Below, in pieces: positions 10,500 to 20,562 of a stretch of 64,000 bases of DNA. The stretch spans positions 3,819-67,818 of the forward strand of contig JAJXYJ010000021.1 in the NCBI GenBank assembly GCA_021780615.1. Direction: 5' to 3'. This DNA comes from a bacterium. GTDB lineage: Bacteria; Patescibacteriota; Minisyncoccia; UBA6257; JAGOQP01. How positions within the stretch are numbered: position 1 is the stretch's first letter; each line of letters opens with the position of its first letter. The notes beneath the pieces are model-generated. The model was given only the letters and a program-made list of their open reading frames with translations, was not told the DNA's origin and did no database searches. A program made the translations under genes and the position numbers.

Positions 10500-10991
10500 C
10501 TATAGCACTTTTTTTATTTCAAATGCCGCAATGCCGAATGCCACTGATACATTGAGGGATTCTTTGGTGCCATACATGGGAATGTCTAGAATCGTATCCG
10601 ATACAGCGAGGATTTCTTTGGGAATGCCGTCCACTTCGTTGCCCACCATGAAAGCGACGGGCTTTTGTGCGGGGTGATATGATGTGTAGGGGATTGAGTT
10701 TGTATCCTGTTCTACGGCTACGATTTCATGGCCGTCTTTTTTAAGCCGTTGCATGAGAGCGAGGGTTTTTTCTTGTGCGTCGTGTATGGTACTCCCCACC
10801 TTTTCCCATGGCACGGAATCTTCGGCTCCAAGCGACGCTTTAATAAAATCTTTTCGCTTTTGCTTGAAGCGGTCCAAGGGGGTTGGAGTAATGCCACAGA
10901 GGTAGAGTTTTTTAATGCCAGCCGCATCAGCGGTGCGGAATATGGAACCTACGTTATGCACGCTACGGATATTATAGAGAATAGCAATCAT
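10500..10991 (-). CDS. SpoU/TrmH family RNA 2'-O-methyltransferase
   Basis: The protein reads MIAILYNIRSVHNVGSIFRTADAAG...VAFMVGNEVDGIPKEI...NVSVAFGIAAFE. The longer ORF-track start at 11120 reads through the upstream terminator, so the internal ATG at 10991 is used. Confidence 0.75.
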   Translation of the reverse strand: MIAILYNIRSVHNVGSIFRTADAAGIKKLYLCGITPTPLDRFKQKRKDFIKASLGAEDSVPWEKVGSTIHDAQEKTLALMQRLKKDGHEIVAVEQDTNSIPYTSYHPAQKPVAFMVGNEVDGIPKEILAVSDTILDIPMYGTKESLNVSVAFGIAAFEIKKVL

Positions 10992-11012
10992 TGTTCCATC
11001 ATAGCTATTTTT

Positions 11013-11042
11013 ATATAAAAAAGAAGCCCCGCGTACGCGGGG
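11013..11042 (-). terminator. Terminator with a T-run on the minus strand
   Basis: The stem ccccgcgtacgcgggg is flanked by aaaaaag on the plus strand, which is a T-run on the minus strand, downstream of the small minus-strand gene. Confidence 0.6.
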
Positions 11043-11055
11043 CAAATCAAAAATC

Positions 11056-11262
11056 TTATATTTTTTCTTTTGCGTCTTCTTCCATAACTTTTTTTGTATG
11101 GATAGAAAGCATCTTATCAATCGCTTCTTTCTCGGTCATGGACGCGAGTTCTTCGGGAGAAAAAAAGTTTTCAAGTTTTAATTCTTCTCCGCCAAGCTCA
11201 TTTTTTATTGCTTCTCCTACTTCGTCCTTAGGAGCTTCTTTTGATTTTGAAAAATTAAACAT
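11056..11262 (-). CDS. Hypothetical small acidic protein (68 aa)
   Basis: The ORF begins MFNFSKSKEAPKDE and is preceded by aaagga. It sits between recA and the terminator. Confidence 0.35.
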   Translation of the reverse strand: MFNFSKSKEAPKDEVGEAIKNELGGEELKLENFFSPEELASMTEKEAIDKMLSIHTKKVMEEDAKEKI

Positions 11263-11341
11263 AGGTATTCCTTTTATATTAATAAATAAAATTTCTTTCT
11301 TTCTTATACTACAGATACAATCATATGGCAAACGAATCGTT

Positions 11342-12355
11342 TTACAAAGTTTTGGCAAGATCCTTCACCTTTTTTTCTACGGCACTCATAATCTTTTTAT
11401 CTTCTTCAAGTTTCTGGCGTGTGGCATCCATGCCGACGCCCAGTTTCTCACCCTCAAATGAAAAAGTATTGCCGGACTTGGTGACGACTCCTAGACGAAG
11501 GGCAACGTTAATAATGTCCTGTGCATAGGAAATACCTTGTCCATAGAGAATATCAAACTCTGTCACTTTAAAAGGTGGAGCAACTTTGTTTTTAACGATC
11601 TTCACCTTTGTACGATTGCCGATAACTTCTTCCCCCTTTTTAATTTGCGCAATGCGGCGGATATCAATGCGGACTGAGGCGTAGAATTTGAGTGCGCGCC
11701 CTCCTGAGGTTGTCTCCGGATTGCCCCAGGTCATACCACCGATTTGTGACCGAATTTGGTTGATGAAAATAATAATGGAGTTTGTTTTGGAGGCAATGGA
11801 GGTGACTTTTCTAAGTGCTTGGGACATAAGACGTGCCTGCAGGCCAATTTGCTGGTCGCCAATCTCACCTTCAATTTCGGCCCGCGGCGTGAGTGCGGCT
11901 ACGGAATCAACGACAACAATGGAGATGAGTCCTGAGCGAATGAGGTTTTCCAAAATCTGCAATGCTTCTTCGCCACTGTCAGGCTGGGAAATGAGCAGTT
12001 CGGAAATATTAACGCCGATGCGTTTTGCGTATTCGGGATCCAACGCGTGTTCCGCGTCAATAAACGCGCATCTGCCACCTCGCTTTTGAGATTGCGCGAT
12101 GACCGAGAGAGCAAGTGTTGTTTTTCCTGACATTTCGGGGCCAAATATTTCAATAATTCTTCCTTTGGGAAGACCGCCGACGCCCAATGCTACATCAAGG
12201 GAAAATGATCCGGTGGGGATGGTTTCCACCTGCATAGCTTTCCGATCGCCGAGTTTCATGATAGACCCTTCGCCAAATTTACTTTGGAGGGCCTCGATGA
12301 GGTTATCCAAATCTCCTTGGGTGTTTTTTTCTGCTGATGCTGGTGTTTTTTTCAT
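11342..12355 (-). CDS. recA: Recombinase RecA
   Basis: The Walker A motif GPEMSGKTT is present, as are loops L1/L2 and a near-complete match to the RecA pattern along 337 aa. Confidence 0.95.
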   Translation of the reverse strand: MKKTPASAEKNTQGDLDNLIEALQSKFGEGSIMKLGDRKAMQVETIPTGSFSLDVALGVGGLPKGRIIEIFGPEMSGKTTLALSVIAQSQKRGGRCAFIDAEHALDPEYAKRIGVNISELLISQPDSGEEALQILENLIRSGLISIVVVDSVAALTPRAEIEGEIGDQQIGLQARLMSQALRKVTSIASKTNSIIIFINQIRSQIGGMTWGNPETTSGGRALKFYASVRIDIRRIAQIKKGEEVIGNRTKVKIVKNKVAPPFKVTEFDILYGQGISYAQDIINVALRLGVVTKSGNTFSFEGEKLGVGMDATRQKLEEDKKIMSAVEKKVKDLAKTL

Positions 12356-12449
12356 AGTGAAGGATGTTTAGTGGATTCATTGTACTATGTTTGATGGTCA
12401 AAAAACAGACCTCCATGGTCTGTAGGGGCATAACTCCATCCACGACGAT

Positions 12450-13196
12450 TTAATGAGAGGGAGTGCTTGAGCTTGTAACTGAGGAGGTTGCAGGGGACTG
12501 AGTTGCGCCATGAGAGGAGCTTGTTGCGTGTGGTTGTGTATCGGGGACAGTCGCCGATGAAGTGGCGTTGAAAAAGATAGTCCTATCCATTTGCGAAGTG
12601 CCTCCCAAAAAGCGTTTGGCGGTAATGGCAAAACTATTTGCCCCCGGATCAAGTACTTGCTGAGTTTGGAAGTGGCCATCGGCAGTGACTGGTAATTCGG
12701 TGCCGTTAATAAATACTCGATCGTTGGGATTTTCTAATTTTCCTTGGATGGTGTACTCCGATGAGGCCACGATAGTTGTGTTTTGAGAGGGCTGAATAAT
12801 ATCAAGTGTTGGTTTGCCAAAAAAGTTGGTAATAACGGGAACCAAGATAATAAGCACAATGACACCGGCAAGAATCCAAAGGGTCAGTGCTTTGCGAATG
12901 GGGCGAGCGGCAAAACGGTTTCCCGGCAATTCATCTCTGTCACCGGATCGCTTCATGTCAGTTTCTTTAGCGTAGTAGCGCCACAGTACGGTAAAATCAA
13001 TTCCCAATACTTCTGCTATTTTTTCCAAATAACCCCGCACATAAGGAGCGGCGGGAAGTTGGTCAAGGTTACTATCAACGAGCGCCTGTACATACATAGG
13101 GGCAATGCCGGTCGCCTCGGCAATTTTGGCAACCGTCATGTTTTTTGAGCGCATTTCTTCCTTGAGTATTTCTTTGAGGGATTTCAGTTCGGGCAT
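12450..13196 (-). CDS. RodZ-like cytoskeleton protein (XRE-type HTH, a TM helix and a Ser/Thr-rich C-terminus)
   Basis: An N-terminal HTH (MTVAKIAEATGIAPMYVQAL) is followed by a TM segment and a low-complexity S/T tail. Confidence 0.6.
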   Translation of the reverse strand: MPELKSLKEILKEEMRSKNMTVAKIAEATGIAPMYVQALVDSNLDQLPAAPYVRGYLEKIAEVLGIDFTVLWRYYAKETDMKRSGDRDELPGNRFAARPIRKALTLWILAGVIVLIILVPVITNFFGKPTLDIIQPSQNTTIVASSEYTIQGKLENPNDRVFINGTELPVTADGHFQTQQVLDPGANSFAITAKRFLGGTSQMDRTIFFNATSSATVPDTQPHATSSSHGATQSPATSSVTSSSTPSH

Positions 13197-13333
13197 AAAT
13201 TACACGGACAGTATAGCGGTAAAATAAGGGTTTTTCAATGGAAAGGAAGGTTTCCGATTCCCGACATCGTAAGAACACAAATAAGTAATATAGTAAATAT
13301 TTTTTAATATACTATATCAAAAAAGGTATTACA

Positions 13334-15541
13334 TTATTCGCTATCCTTTGCTATATACACTTCTCTGGGCTTGGCGCCATCACCAGGGCCGATAAGGCCT
13401 TTGTTTTCCATGAGGTCCAGTAACCGCGCGGCACGAGCATAGCCAACTTTGAGACGGCGCTGGAGTAATGAGGCTGATGCCTTTTGAGCTTCTTTAATGA
13501 CAACAATCGCCTCATCGAGCATATCATCTTCATCTTCGGTGTCTTCAAAGGTGTCAAAGGGGTTTTTACCTCGTTCACTTTCGCGATTAACTTCTTCGTG
13601 TTCTTCTCCGTGTTCAAACGACACACCATCATCGGTATCAATGGATAGGTCCTGATTATTTTCTTTGATGTAGTCGGTCACTGCTTTTATTTCTTCTTCG
13701 GAAATAAAACATCCTTGAATACGTTTTGGTTTAGAAAGTTGCGCGGAGACGTAGAGTAAATCGCCACCGCCTAATAACTTTTCTGCTCCAGCGGTATCTA
13801 GTATAGTGCGGGAATCTATTTGGCTTGCTACCTGCAGAGCGACGCGGGAAGTGATGTTTGCCTTAATGAGTCCGGTAATAACTTCCACTGATGGTCGCTG
13901 CGTAGAAAGGATGAGGTGGATACCCGTGGCACGAGCCATCTGCGCCAAACGCACGATTGCATTTTCAATGTCGCGTCCATAGGCCGCCATTAAATCTGCC
14001 ATTTCATCAACAACAATGACGATATAGGGCATCAGTTCGTCAGTGTGTTTTTTATTGTAGCTTTGAATATCGCGAGCGCCAGCCTTAAGAAGCGTTTCAT
14101 AACGCTGATCCATTTCATTAATTGCCCAACGGAATACGCCCAGTGCCTTTTTACCCTGGGTGACCACGGGGGCAATGAGGTGGGGGAGGCCGTTGTATGA
14201 AGAAAGTTCAACGCGCTTAGGGTCGATGAGAATAAAGCGTAATGTTTCGGGAGAATTTTTATAGAGCAGTGAAATAAGTACTGAGTGGAGCGTGATGGAT
14301 TTTCCCGAACCAGTAGCTCCCGCAATGAGCATATGCGGCATTTTTTCAATGTTGGTAAAAATCGGTTCACCGGTCACATCGCGTCCCAAACAGAATCCCA
14401 ATTGTCCTGAGGCGACAAAGTCGGGGTAGGAAATAAGATTGCCCAGACGGACAATGGCGGCTGTTTTATTGGGAACTTCAATACCGACATAGGGCTTTCC
14501 CGGAATAGGAGCTTCGATGCGGATAGGATGTGCCGAAAGCGCCAGCGCAAGGTCCGGGTTTAGAGCGGTAATGCGGGACAGCTTGATTCCTTCGGCGGGA
14601 CGAAGAGTAAAGCGCGTTACTTTAGGGCCAATACTTATTTCTCCCATTTCAACAGGAATACCAAATCCTTCCAGAGTGCGTTTGATAATGTTGGCATTGG
14701 CGTGCAGATCGCCTGCGGAAGGTTTCTCAAGAGCAGTTTTTAAAAGATTGAGTGGGGGAGCTTTGTAGTCGGTGAATTTTTTGACGGGTAATGCTGATTT
14801 TTTTAATGATAGAGAAAACCCTTTTGATGTTTCTTGTATTTTTTCATCAATGTCTTCATCCGCTTTTGTATTTGTTTCGTCTTTCTCTTTATTTTTTTCC
14901 TGATGATCTGCGTCTGCGGTGACATTGGTGTACTGCTCTACGGTGGGAGAGGTGGTGAGTGCAAGATCTGCATTGTCGGTATCCTTTGGGCGGCGCTTGA
15001 TACGGATAGGGTGATCAAAGACGACGATGATGCCGATTGCAGCGGCGACTGCAAGGAGTATGCCGGCTGCCAATGGACCAATCCAGTTTTCTATATAGCC
15101 AATACTGCTTCCCAACATGCCTCCGGCATGGTTAGAAAGTACGTCAATCATACCAAGGCCCGCAAAAAAGAAGAGGAGTGATCCCCATAGGAGGGGCGCG
15201 TAGAGGGTGCGGTCTTCTTTGTGGACGAGGAAGTTATATCCTACTGCAAAGAAGGTGAGGGGAAGTAAGATGTACCCCAATCCGAACAATTGCCAAAGAG
15301 CTGAAAAAATATTTTCACCAACAATACCTGCTTGGTGTAGACCAGCAAGAATCAGTAAGATGCCACACACAAATGAGAGGAGTCCCCAGATGCTGTGAAT
15401 GGTTTCTTGTCCTAATTTCTTTGGTGTGATAAATGACGAATCCTTTGGTGCCACCGATTCTTTTTTCTTCGCGGTGCGCTGTTGGGTAGTGCGTGTACGA
15501 GACATATGCCTTATTAAACACGAAATACGCCAAAAATTCAA
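13334..15541 (-). CDS. ftsK: DNA translocase FtsK/SpoIIIE
   Basis: It has N-terminal TM helices, the Walker A motif AGATGSGKS and a gamma-domain winged helix (LLQRRLKVGYARAARLLDLME). An alternative start at 15505 (MSRTRTT) is possible. Confidence 0.9.
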   Translation of the reverse strand: MNFWRISCLIRHMSRTRTTQQRTAKKKESVAPKDSSFITPKKLGQETIHSIWGLLSFVCGILLILAGLHQAGIVGENIFSALWQLFGLGYILLPLTFFAVGYNFLVHKEDRTLYAPLLWGSLLFFFAGLGMIDVLSNHAGGMLGSSIGYIENWIGPLAAGILLAVAAAIGIIVVFDHPIRIKRRPKDTDNADLALTTSPTVEQYTNVTADADHQEKNKEKDETNTKADEDIDEKIQETSKGFSLSLKKSALPVKKFTDYKAPPLNLLKTALEKPSAGDLHANANIIKRTLEGFGIPVEMGEISIGPKVTRFTLRPAEGIKLSRITALNPDLALALSAHPIRIEAPIPGKPYVGIEVPNKTAAIVRLGNLISYPDFVASGQLGFCLGRDVTGEPIFTNIEKMPHMLIAGATGSGKSITLHSVLISLLYKNSPETLRFILIDPKRVELSSYNGLPHLIAPVVTQGKKALGVFRWAINEMDQRYETLLKAGARDIQSYNKKHTDELMPYIVIVVDEMADLMAAYGRDIENAIVRLAQMARATGIHLILSTQRPSVEVITGLIKANITSRVALQVASQIDSRTILDTAGAEKLLGGGDLLYVSAQLSKPKRIQGCFISEEEIKAVTDYIKENNQDLSIDTDDGVSFEHGEEHEEVNRESERGKNPFDTFEDTEDEDDMLDEAIVVIKEAQKASASLLQRRLKVGYARAARLLDLMENKGLIGPGDGAKPREVYIAKDSE

Positions 15542-15580
15542 TACAATTCAACACAAAATACGTGTTTATGATGTGCGCCC

Positions 15581-16120
15581 ATGATTTATTTTGACACGTG
15601 TTGGTACGAGTGGTATCGTGTGGATACCATGATGCATGATGTAGAAAATTATTTTCATACGGGTGCCGGTGCGCGTATCAATTCGGCTGATGTTATTCAT
15701 ACGATACGAACCTTTATGCATGAGCGGCCTGAATCACCATATAAAATTATTATCGGTACTGATTCGTTGGGCGTCAATGATTCGTATACGGATTTTGTAA
15801 CGGCAATCGTGGTACAGCGTGTTGGCAATGGGGGAAAATATTTTTGGAAGCGTTTGGCGCGTCAAAATGTGTATGGTCTGCGCGACCGCATTATTAAGGA
15901 GGTGATGCTGACTTTGGAAACAGCAACGGACGTACTGGAACTTTTAAAAGCGCATCCGGAATTGACGTTTGATTTTGAGGTTCATGTAGATGTGGGGATG
16001 CAGGGTAAAACAAGTGCGCTCATTTCGGAAGTTACCGGTATGATTCGCGGATACAATTTTCCATTCAAGACAAAACCGGAAAGCTATGCGGCCAGTAACA
16101 TTGCGGATAAGCATGTGTAG
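15581..16120 (+). CDS. RNase H-like domain protein (DUF458/YkuK-like)
   Basis: IIIGTDSLG is an acidic-residue cluster consistent with an RNase H fold. The family assignment is from memory. Confidence 0.45.
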   Translation: MIYFDTCWYEWYRVDTMMHDVENYFHTGAGARINSADVIHTIRTFMHERPESPYKIIIGTDSLGVNDSYTDFVTAIVVQRVGNGGKYFWKRLARQNVYGLRDRIIKEVMLTLETATDVLELLKAHPELTFDFEVHVDVGMQGKTSALISEVTGMIRGYNFPFKTKPESYAASNIADKHV

Positions 16121-16288
16121 CACCAGGCGCAATTTTCAATTTACAATTTTCAATTTACAATCAATTTTTAATTATTTAATTTTTTTAGAATTAATCGAAA
16201 GAGGAAGGTGTGTGCCAAAGGGTGAGGAACTAAAAAACAAAAATTATTCTTCCTTACTACATACTACCAGCCCCTTACTACTGCTGTC

Positions 16289-16852
16289 ATGAAGGACACT
16301 ATTGTTATAGACATAGAAACAAAAAATACATTTGCTGATGTGGGGCGGGATAACTTTGCTGGCCTGCAGATTTCGCTGGTGGGGACGTATTCATATAATA
16401 AGAATGAATACATTGCATACGACGAACATGAACTTGATGCATTGGGCGAGGTACTAAAAAATACAGATTTACTCATCGGATTTTCCATTACCCGTTTCGA
16501 TTTGCCGGTTATGGCAAAGCACTACAATTTCGATCTCTTTACTATCCCGCGCATTGATCTCCTCGATGAGATAGAGTTAATGATCGGCAAACGCATTAGT
16601 TTGGACTTGTTGGCAAAACAAAATTTGGGATACGGAAAAAACGGTGAAGGAAGCGAAGCTCCTAATTTGTATGAGGAAGGAAGAATGGAAGAGCTTAAAA
16701 AGTATTGCTTAAACGACGTGAAGGTAACCAAAGAACTCTACGATTTGGCAAAAAAACAGGGTCATTTGATGGTGCCACAGCGCAATAGTCCTCAACCTAT
16801 CCGCGCTGAGTTTGATTGGACAGAACGATTATTGTATCAGCGATTGTTCTAG
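16289..16852 (+). CDS. DEDDy-type 3'-5' exonuclease (DnaQ-like/RNase H superfamily)
   Basis: ExoI is IDIET, ExoII is GFSITRFDLPV and ExoIII is YCLNDVKVTKELYD (Y-x3-D). Confidence 0.65.
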   Translation: MKDTIVIDIETKNTFADVGRDNFAGLQISLVGTYSYNKNEYIAYDEHELDALGEVLKNTDLLIGFSITRFDLPVMAKHYNFDLFTIPRIDLLDEIELMIGKRISLDLLAKQNLGYGKNGEGSEAPNLYEEGRMEELKKYCLNDVKVTKELYDLAKKQGHLMVPQRNSPQPIRAEFDWTERLLYQRLF

Positions 16853-16945
16853 GAGTGCTCATATTTTTTTATCACAACAACACAACGACATCTTTCAAGG
16901 ATGTTGTTGTGTTATATATGCGAATAGTATATGATTTGAAAAAAT

Positions 16946-18607
16946 ATGGCATTGCGACATACCCTAGAAGTTGTAAAAAATGAGGCCCTCAAGCAGGCCA
17001 AAGAAAAAAAGAAAGAGGAAGAAGAGGAGGGTCTTAAGGCAACGAATGAAAATCTCTTAAAGGCGCGCAACAAAAAAGAAGCGGTATCTGGGATTTTGGC
17101 TGACATGGAGGAAAAGTATGATGCCGCCCAAAAGTCGCTTGAGGCATACAAAAAAAGTAAGCAGGACATTCAAAAAATATTTGAAGAATATGGTGATACC
17201 CTCAAGGATTTGGGAATAACCGCTCCGGAAGGATTGCTTACTCATAAAGAATTGCAAAACGAAGAAGATGTCATTGCATATGCCACGGCGCGCCAAAGTT
17301 TGAAAGAAAAAATAACCGAGTTGCACGGGGCAAAGCAATCGGTTCGTACGGTGGTGCCTGATGCTCATTTTGGCGGGCGTAAGGAAAAAGATGCACGGGT
17401 TTCCAAAAGGGAAAAAACAAAAACTGCATTAAAAGAAAAGATAAAAGAGGCGGATGCGCAAGAGCAGGAACTATACAAGCAAACACCAGAAGGGAAAACG
17501 GCAGAGGAGCAGCGCGCGCGTGAAGCTATCGCTGATCTTGTAGAAAAAGCCGGGTATCGTCGGGAAGTAAAAAATACCGAAGATATAAAAGATATTTCAA
17601 AATTCATTTTTGATACAGAAAAAGGATCCCAGGTATGCAAAGAATTTGGAAAAGATTTCGCGCTACAGACACTCAATGCGTATCTGCATGAAAAAATTGA
17701 TAGTACCATCCACTCACGAATGGAGGCTGAATATTTGAATGATAACCTACTCAAGTCCATAGAGGTGATACGCAATGCCGATTCATACTATGATGAGGTG
17801 CAAAAAAAGTTAGGAAAGCTTCAAAAAGATAAGCAATTATTGGAACAAGAACTCAAGGAGTATCTTGCGGCACATGGGGCGGATTTGAATGAACTTAACG
17901 GCGGTGGGTGGACGAGCATACCTTCTATCGTGTACTCATTATATGGCTATAAAAAATGGGATGAGGAATTATCTTCAAGATTATTTGAATCTCAGAAAAC
18001 GCTAAAACAAATTAAAGAAGGTTCGTATAAATATAGGGGCACCATCACGTACGATGAACAAGAAGAATGTATCGCAGAAATTGAGATGGTGGAAAGAGTG
18101 CATGAAGGCGTACGGCAATTGCTCCATGAAGGAGTGTTGGCAAAAACACTAACACAGAAAGAATTGCGGAAAAAGTTTTGGGGCGATCTAGACATTGCAT
18201 CGTTTTCCCACGTCTCTTACGGTGTCATACCGGAAGTTTTAAAAGACAGCTTTGAATCTCGTGCCGCACGTATTGAAAAGAGGGTGCGTGAATATGATAT
18301 GCAAGAGGGCCGTTTGCATGATTTTGCCGACAAAACAATGCATGTTAAAGCCGTAGAGCAGAAGGGTGATGTTATGCGCAAAGATCTTGGCTTGAAATCA
18401 TATTCCTTGGAAGGCTATGTAGAGGGAAAAGAAAGAGATAAAACTTCTATTGAAGAAATGATACATGATATGCAAGTAGAGGGAGCAGATATACGCATGC
18501 ATATGCCCTCCACTATTGATATGCATGAGATAAAAATAGAACCAGGGGGGATCTGTGGATATGGGTATATACGAAAAGAACCGTATGGAGTCTCAAAAAG
18601 AAGGTGA
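16946..18607 (+). CDS. Large K/E-rich coiled-coil protein of unknown function, N-terminal part
   Basis: It has a long charged heptad-like sequence with no recognisable catalytic motif. It ends 53 nt after the downstream ORF begins, in another frame. Confidence 0.5.
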   Translation: MALRHTLEVVKNEALKQAKEKKKEEEEEGLKATNENLLKARNKKEAVSGILADMEEKYDAAQKSLEAYKKSKQDIQKIFEEYGDTLKDLGITAPEGLLTHKELQNEEDVIAYATARQSLKEKITELHGAKQSVRTVVPDAHFGGRKEKDARVSKREKTKTALKEKIKEADAQEQELYKQTPEGKTAEEQRAREAIADLVEKAGYRREVKNTEDIKDISKFIFDTEKGSQVCKEFGKDFALQTLNAYLHEKIDSTIHSRMEAEYLNDNLLKSIEVIRNADSYYDEVQKKLGKLQKDKQLLEQELKEYLAAHGADLNELNGGGWTSIPSIVYSLYGYKKWDEELSSRLFESQKTLKQIKEGSYKYRGTITYDEQEECIAEIEMVERVHEGVRQLLHEGVLAKTLTQKELRKKFWGDLDIASFSHVSYGVIPEVLKDSFESRAARIEKRVREYDMQEGRLHDFADKTMHVKAVEQKGDVMRKDLGLKSYSLEGYVEGKERDKTSIEEMIHDMQVEGADIRMHMPSTIDMHEIKIEPGGICGYGYIRKEPYGVSKRR

Positions 18608-19064
18608 TCAGATCAGAAGACAACTTGAAAAATTAGAGCAAGACCTTGCACACGAAGAGCAACACAAGCCCGGATTCATTTCTTTAAGAAAGAAAGAGCA
18701 TGAGCAGCGTGTAGAGCATATAAAAGAAGAAATTGCCTTGTTGCAAAAAAAGAAGGAAGAGACGCACAATACATGGCGTGAATATAATCAAATCACCGAT
18801 GAAATTTGGAAGCGCACACGGAATATTTCGCGTCTTGTTTCTTTGGCAAAAGATTATGCAAAGTTGGAAGAGAAAAAGTCATTACATGAATTTATAGCGG
18901 ACCTTTCTGCCGCCTTAGAGAAGGCAATGGCATCTGTTCCGGTAGAAGTACAGCAATTAGTAAATGATATAAAATCAGCGCACAAGGATATGGATGCCGC
19001 AGAGCGTGGTTGTGCTATGGGAGAAAAGGTCTTGGAAAAAGAAAAACTTGATTTTATGCGCTAA
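18555..19064 (+). CDS. Coiled-coil protein, probable continuation of 16946..18607 after a frameshift at a G6 tract
   Basis: The K/E-rich composition is the same. The frame opens just upstream, after a stop at 18537, so that a one-base shift in GGGGGG at 18545..18550 would fuse the two ORFs. Confidence 0.45.
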   Translation: MDMGIYEKNRMESQKEGDQIRRQLEKLEQDLAHEEQHKPGFISLRKKEHEQRVEHIKEEIALLQKKKEETHNTWREYNQITDEIWKRTRNISRLVSLAKDYAKLEEKKSLHEFIADLSAALEKAMASVPVEVQQLVNDIKSAHKDMDAAERGCAMGEKVLEKEKLDFMR

Positions 19065-19135
19065 TTTTAACTGGATCGAATAATTGTTATATTGGTTATT
19101 GTTTTAAGAGTATGAGTGAGTTTACATAGACCATC

Positions 19136-19165
19136 AAAAATCCTCGGTATATCCGAGGATTTTTG
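19136..19165 (+). terminator. Rho-independent terminator
   Basis: aaaaatcctcggtatatccgaggattttt forms a symmetric hairpin with a T-run. Confidence 0.65.
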
Positions 19166-19290
19166 ATATCATTTTTTTGTTCGTTATTATGCCTCCCTTT
19201 ACTCCTTAATACTTAATACTATATACAAATATATAAAAATATGTTCTTATGATTTCGTAAATCGTAAGGGGATCTTATATACTTATTTTT

Positions 19291-20466
19291 ATGAACCACA
19301 TCTATCTTGATTACGCATCAACGACACCCATTGATCCGCGAGTGATACGAGCGATGGAGCCGTATTACGGCATGCAAAAAAATCTATTTGGCAATCCGAA
19401 TGCTATTCATTTTTTTGGACAGCAAGCGCAGACCGCGCTTGATACTGCCCGTCAAAGTATTGCGCACTACATTGGTGGGACGGCAGATGGGGTGGTATGT
19501 ACCGCATCGGCGACTGAGGCAAATAATTTAGTGTTACGTGGTGCGGTAAAAAAATTTAAGGCGACATCTGGTGGCACGGTACTGCCTCATATCATACTGT
19601 CCGCTATAGAGCATGATTCAATATATGAAACGGCGCGTGATATGGAACGCGAGGGTCTTGTGCGGATATCGCTCATTCCCGTAACATCGGATGGCGTTGT
19701 TGATGTGACTGCTTTGGAAAAAATGGTAGATGCTGCAACGGTGATAGTATCGGTATTATGGGCAAATAATGAAACGGGAGCACTGCAACCACTGGAAGCC
19801 ATAGGCAGACTCGTCCGTGCACAGCAGGAAAAAAACGGGACTATGTTTCCATTTTTTCACACCGATGCGGCACAAGCATTTGGATATATGCCAGTAGACA
19901 CGATGAATGGATTGATTCACGCGATAACTCTTTCAAGTCATAAAATATATGGACCAAAAGGAGTCGGCGTATTGTATGTGCAACATCTTCGTGAGAGGAT
20001 TGCTCCCATACTGACCGGCGGAGGACAGGAATATGGTGTGCGATCGGGGACACAGAATGTAGCCGCTATCATGGGTGCTGTGCGCGCCTGTGAATTAGCG
20101 ATTAGTGTGCGAAATAAAGAAAGTATACGCATCACTGCTTTAAGCAAACAACTAGAAGACGGTATTCGCGCCATAGTACCAGAGGCGCGCGTATGGGCAG
20201 CGGATGCATTGCGGGTGCCCCACATTATTAACGTATGTCTTCCTCATTATCCGGGGATGGATGTGGCGCTGGATATGCGTGGCGTGGCGGTATCTTCGGG
20301 GGCGGCCTGCGCGGCGCGACACATTAAACCGTCTCGTGTTCTTGAGGTAATGGGAGCGTCGCCAGAAGAAATTGCTTGCAGTATTCGTATGAGCATCGGA
20401 ATGTATACGCGTAAAAAAGATATCAGCCAAGCTCTTGAATGCATGGCTACATTAGTGCATGCATAA
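19291..20466 (+). CDS. Cysteine desulfurase (class V aminotransferase, IscS/NifS-like)
   Basis: The N-terminus reads IYLDYASTTP. The PLP lysine lies in SSHKIYGPKG, and the active-site cysteine is near the C-terminus. Confidence 0.85.
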   Translation: MNHIYLDYASTTPIDPRVIRAMEPYYGMQKNLFGNPNAIHFFGQQAQTALDTARQSIAHYIGGTADGVVCTASATEANNLVLRGAVKKFKATSGGTVLPHIILSAIEHDSIYETARDMEREGLVRISLIPVTSDGVVDVTALEKMVDAATVIVSVLWANNETGALQPLEAIGRLVRAQQEKNGTMFPFFHTDAAQAFGYMPVDTMNGLIHAITLSSHKIYGPKGVGVLYVQHLRERIAPILTGGGQEYGVRSGTQNVAAIMGAVRACELAISVRNKESIRITALSKQLEDGIRAIVPEARVWAADALRVPHIINVCLPHYPGMDVALDMRGVAVSSGAACAARHIKPSRVLEVMGASPEEIACSIRMSIGMYTRKKDISQALECMATLVHA

Positions 20467-20562
20467 AACGTATAGTATACGGAGCGGAATATGGCGCCAT
20501 TTTTGGTGTAGTAGGGAATACATACCCGCCTTATGCGGGAATATAATAACTGATATACAACC

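Noticed and set aside
10992-11120. Longer N-terminal extension of the TrmH-like gene (ORF-track start at 11120)
   Set aside because: The extension reads through the ccccgcgtacgcgggg terminator hairpin. The internal ATG at 10991 gives a canonical SpoU N-terminus.
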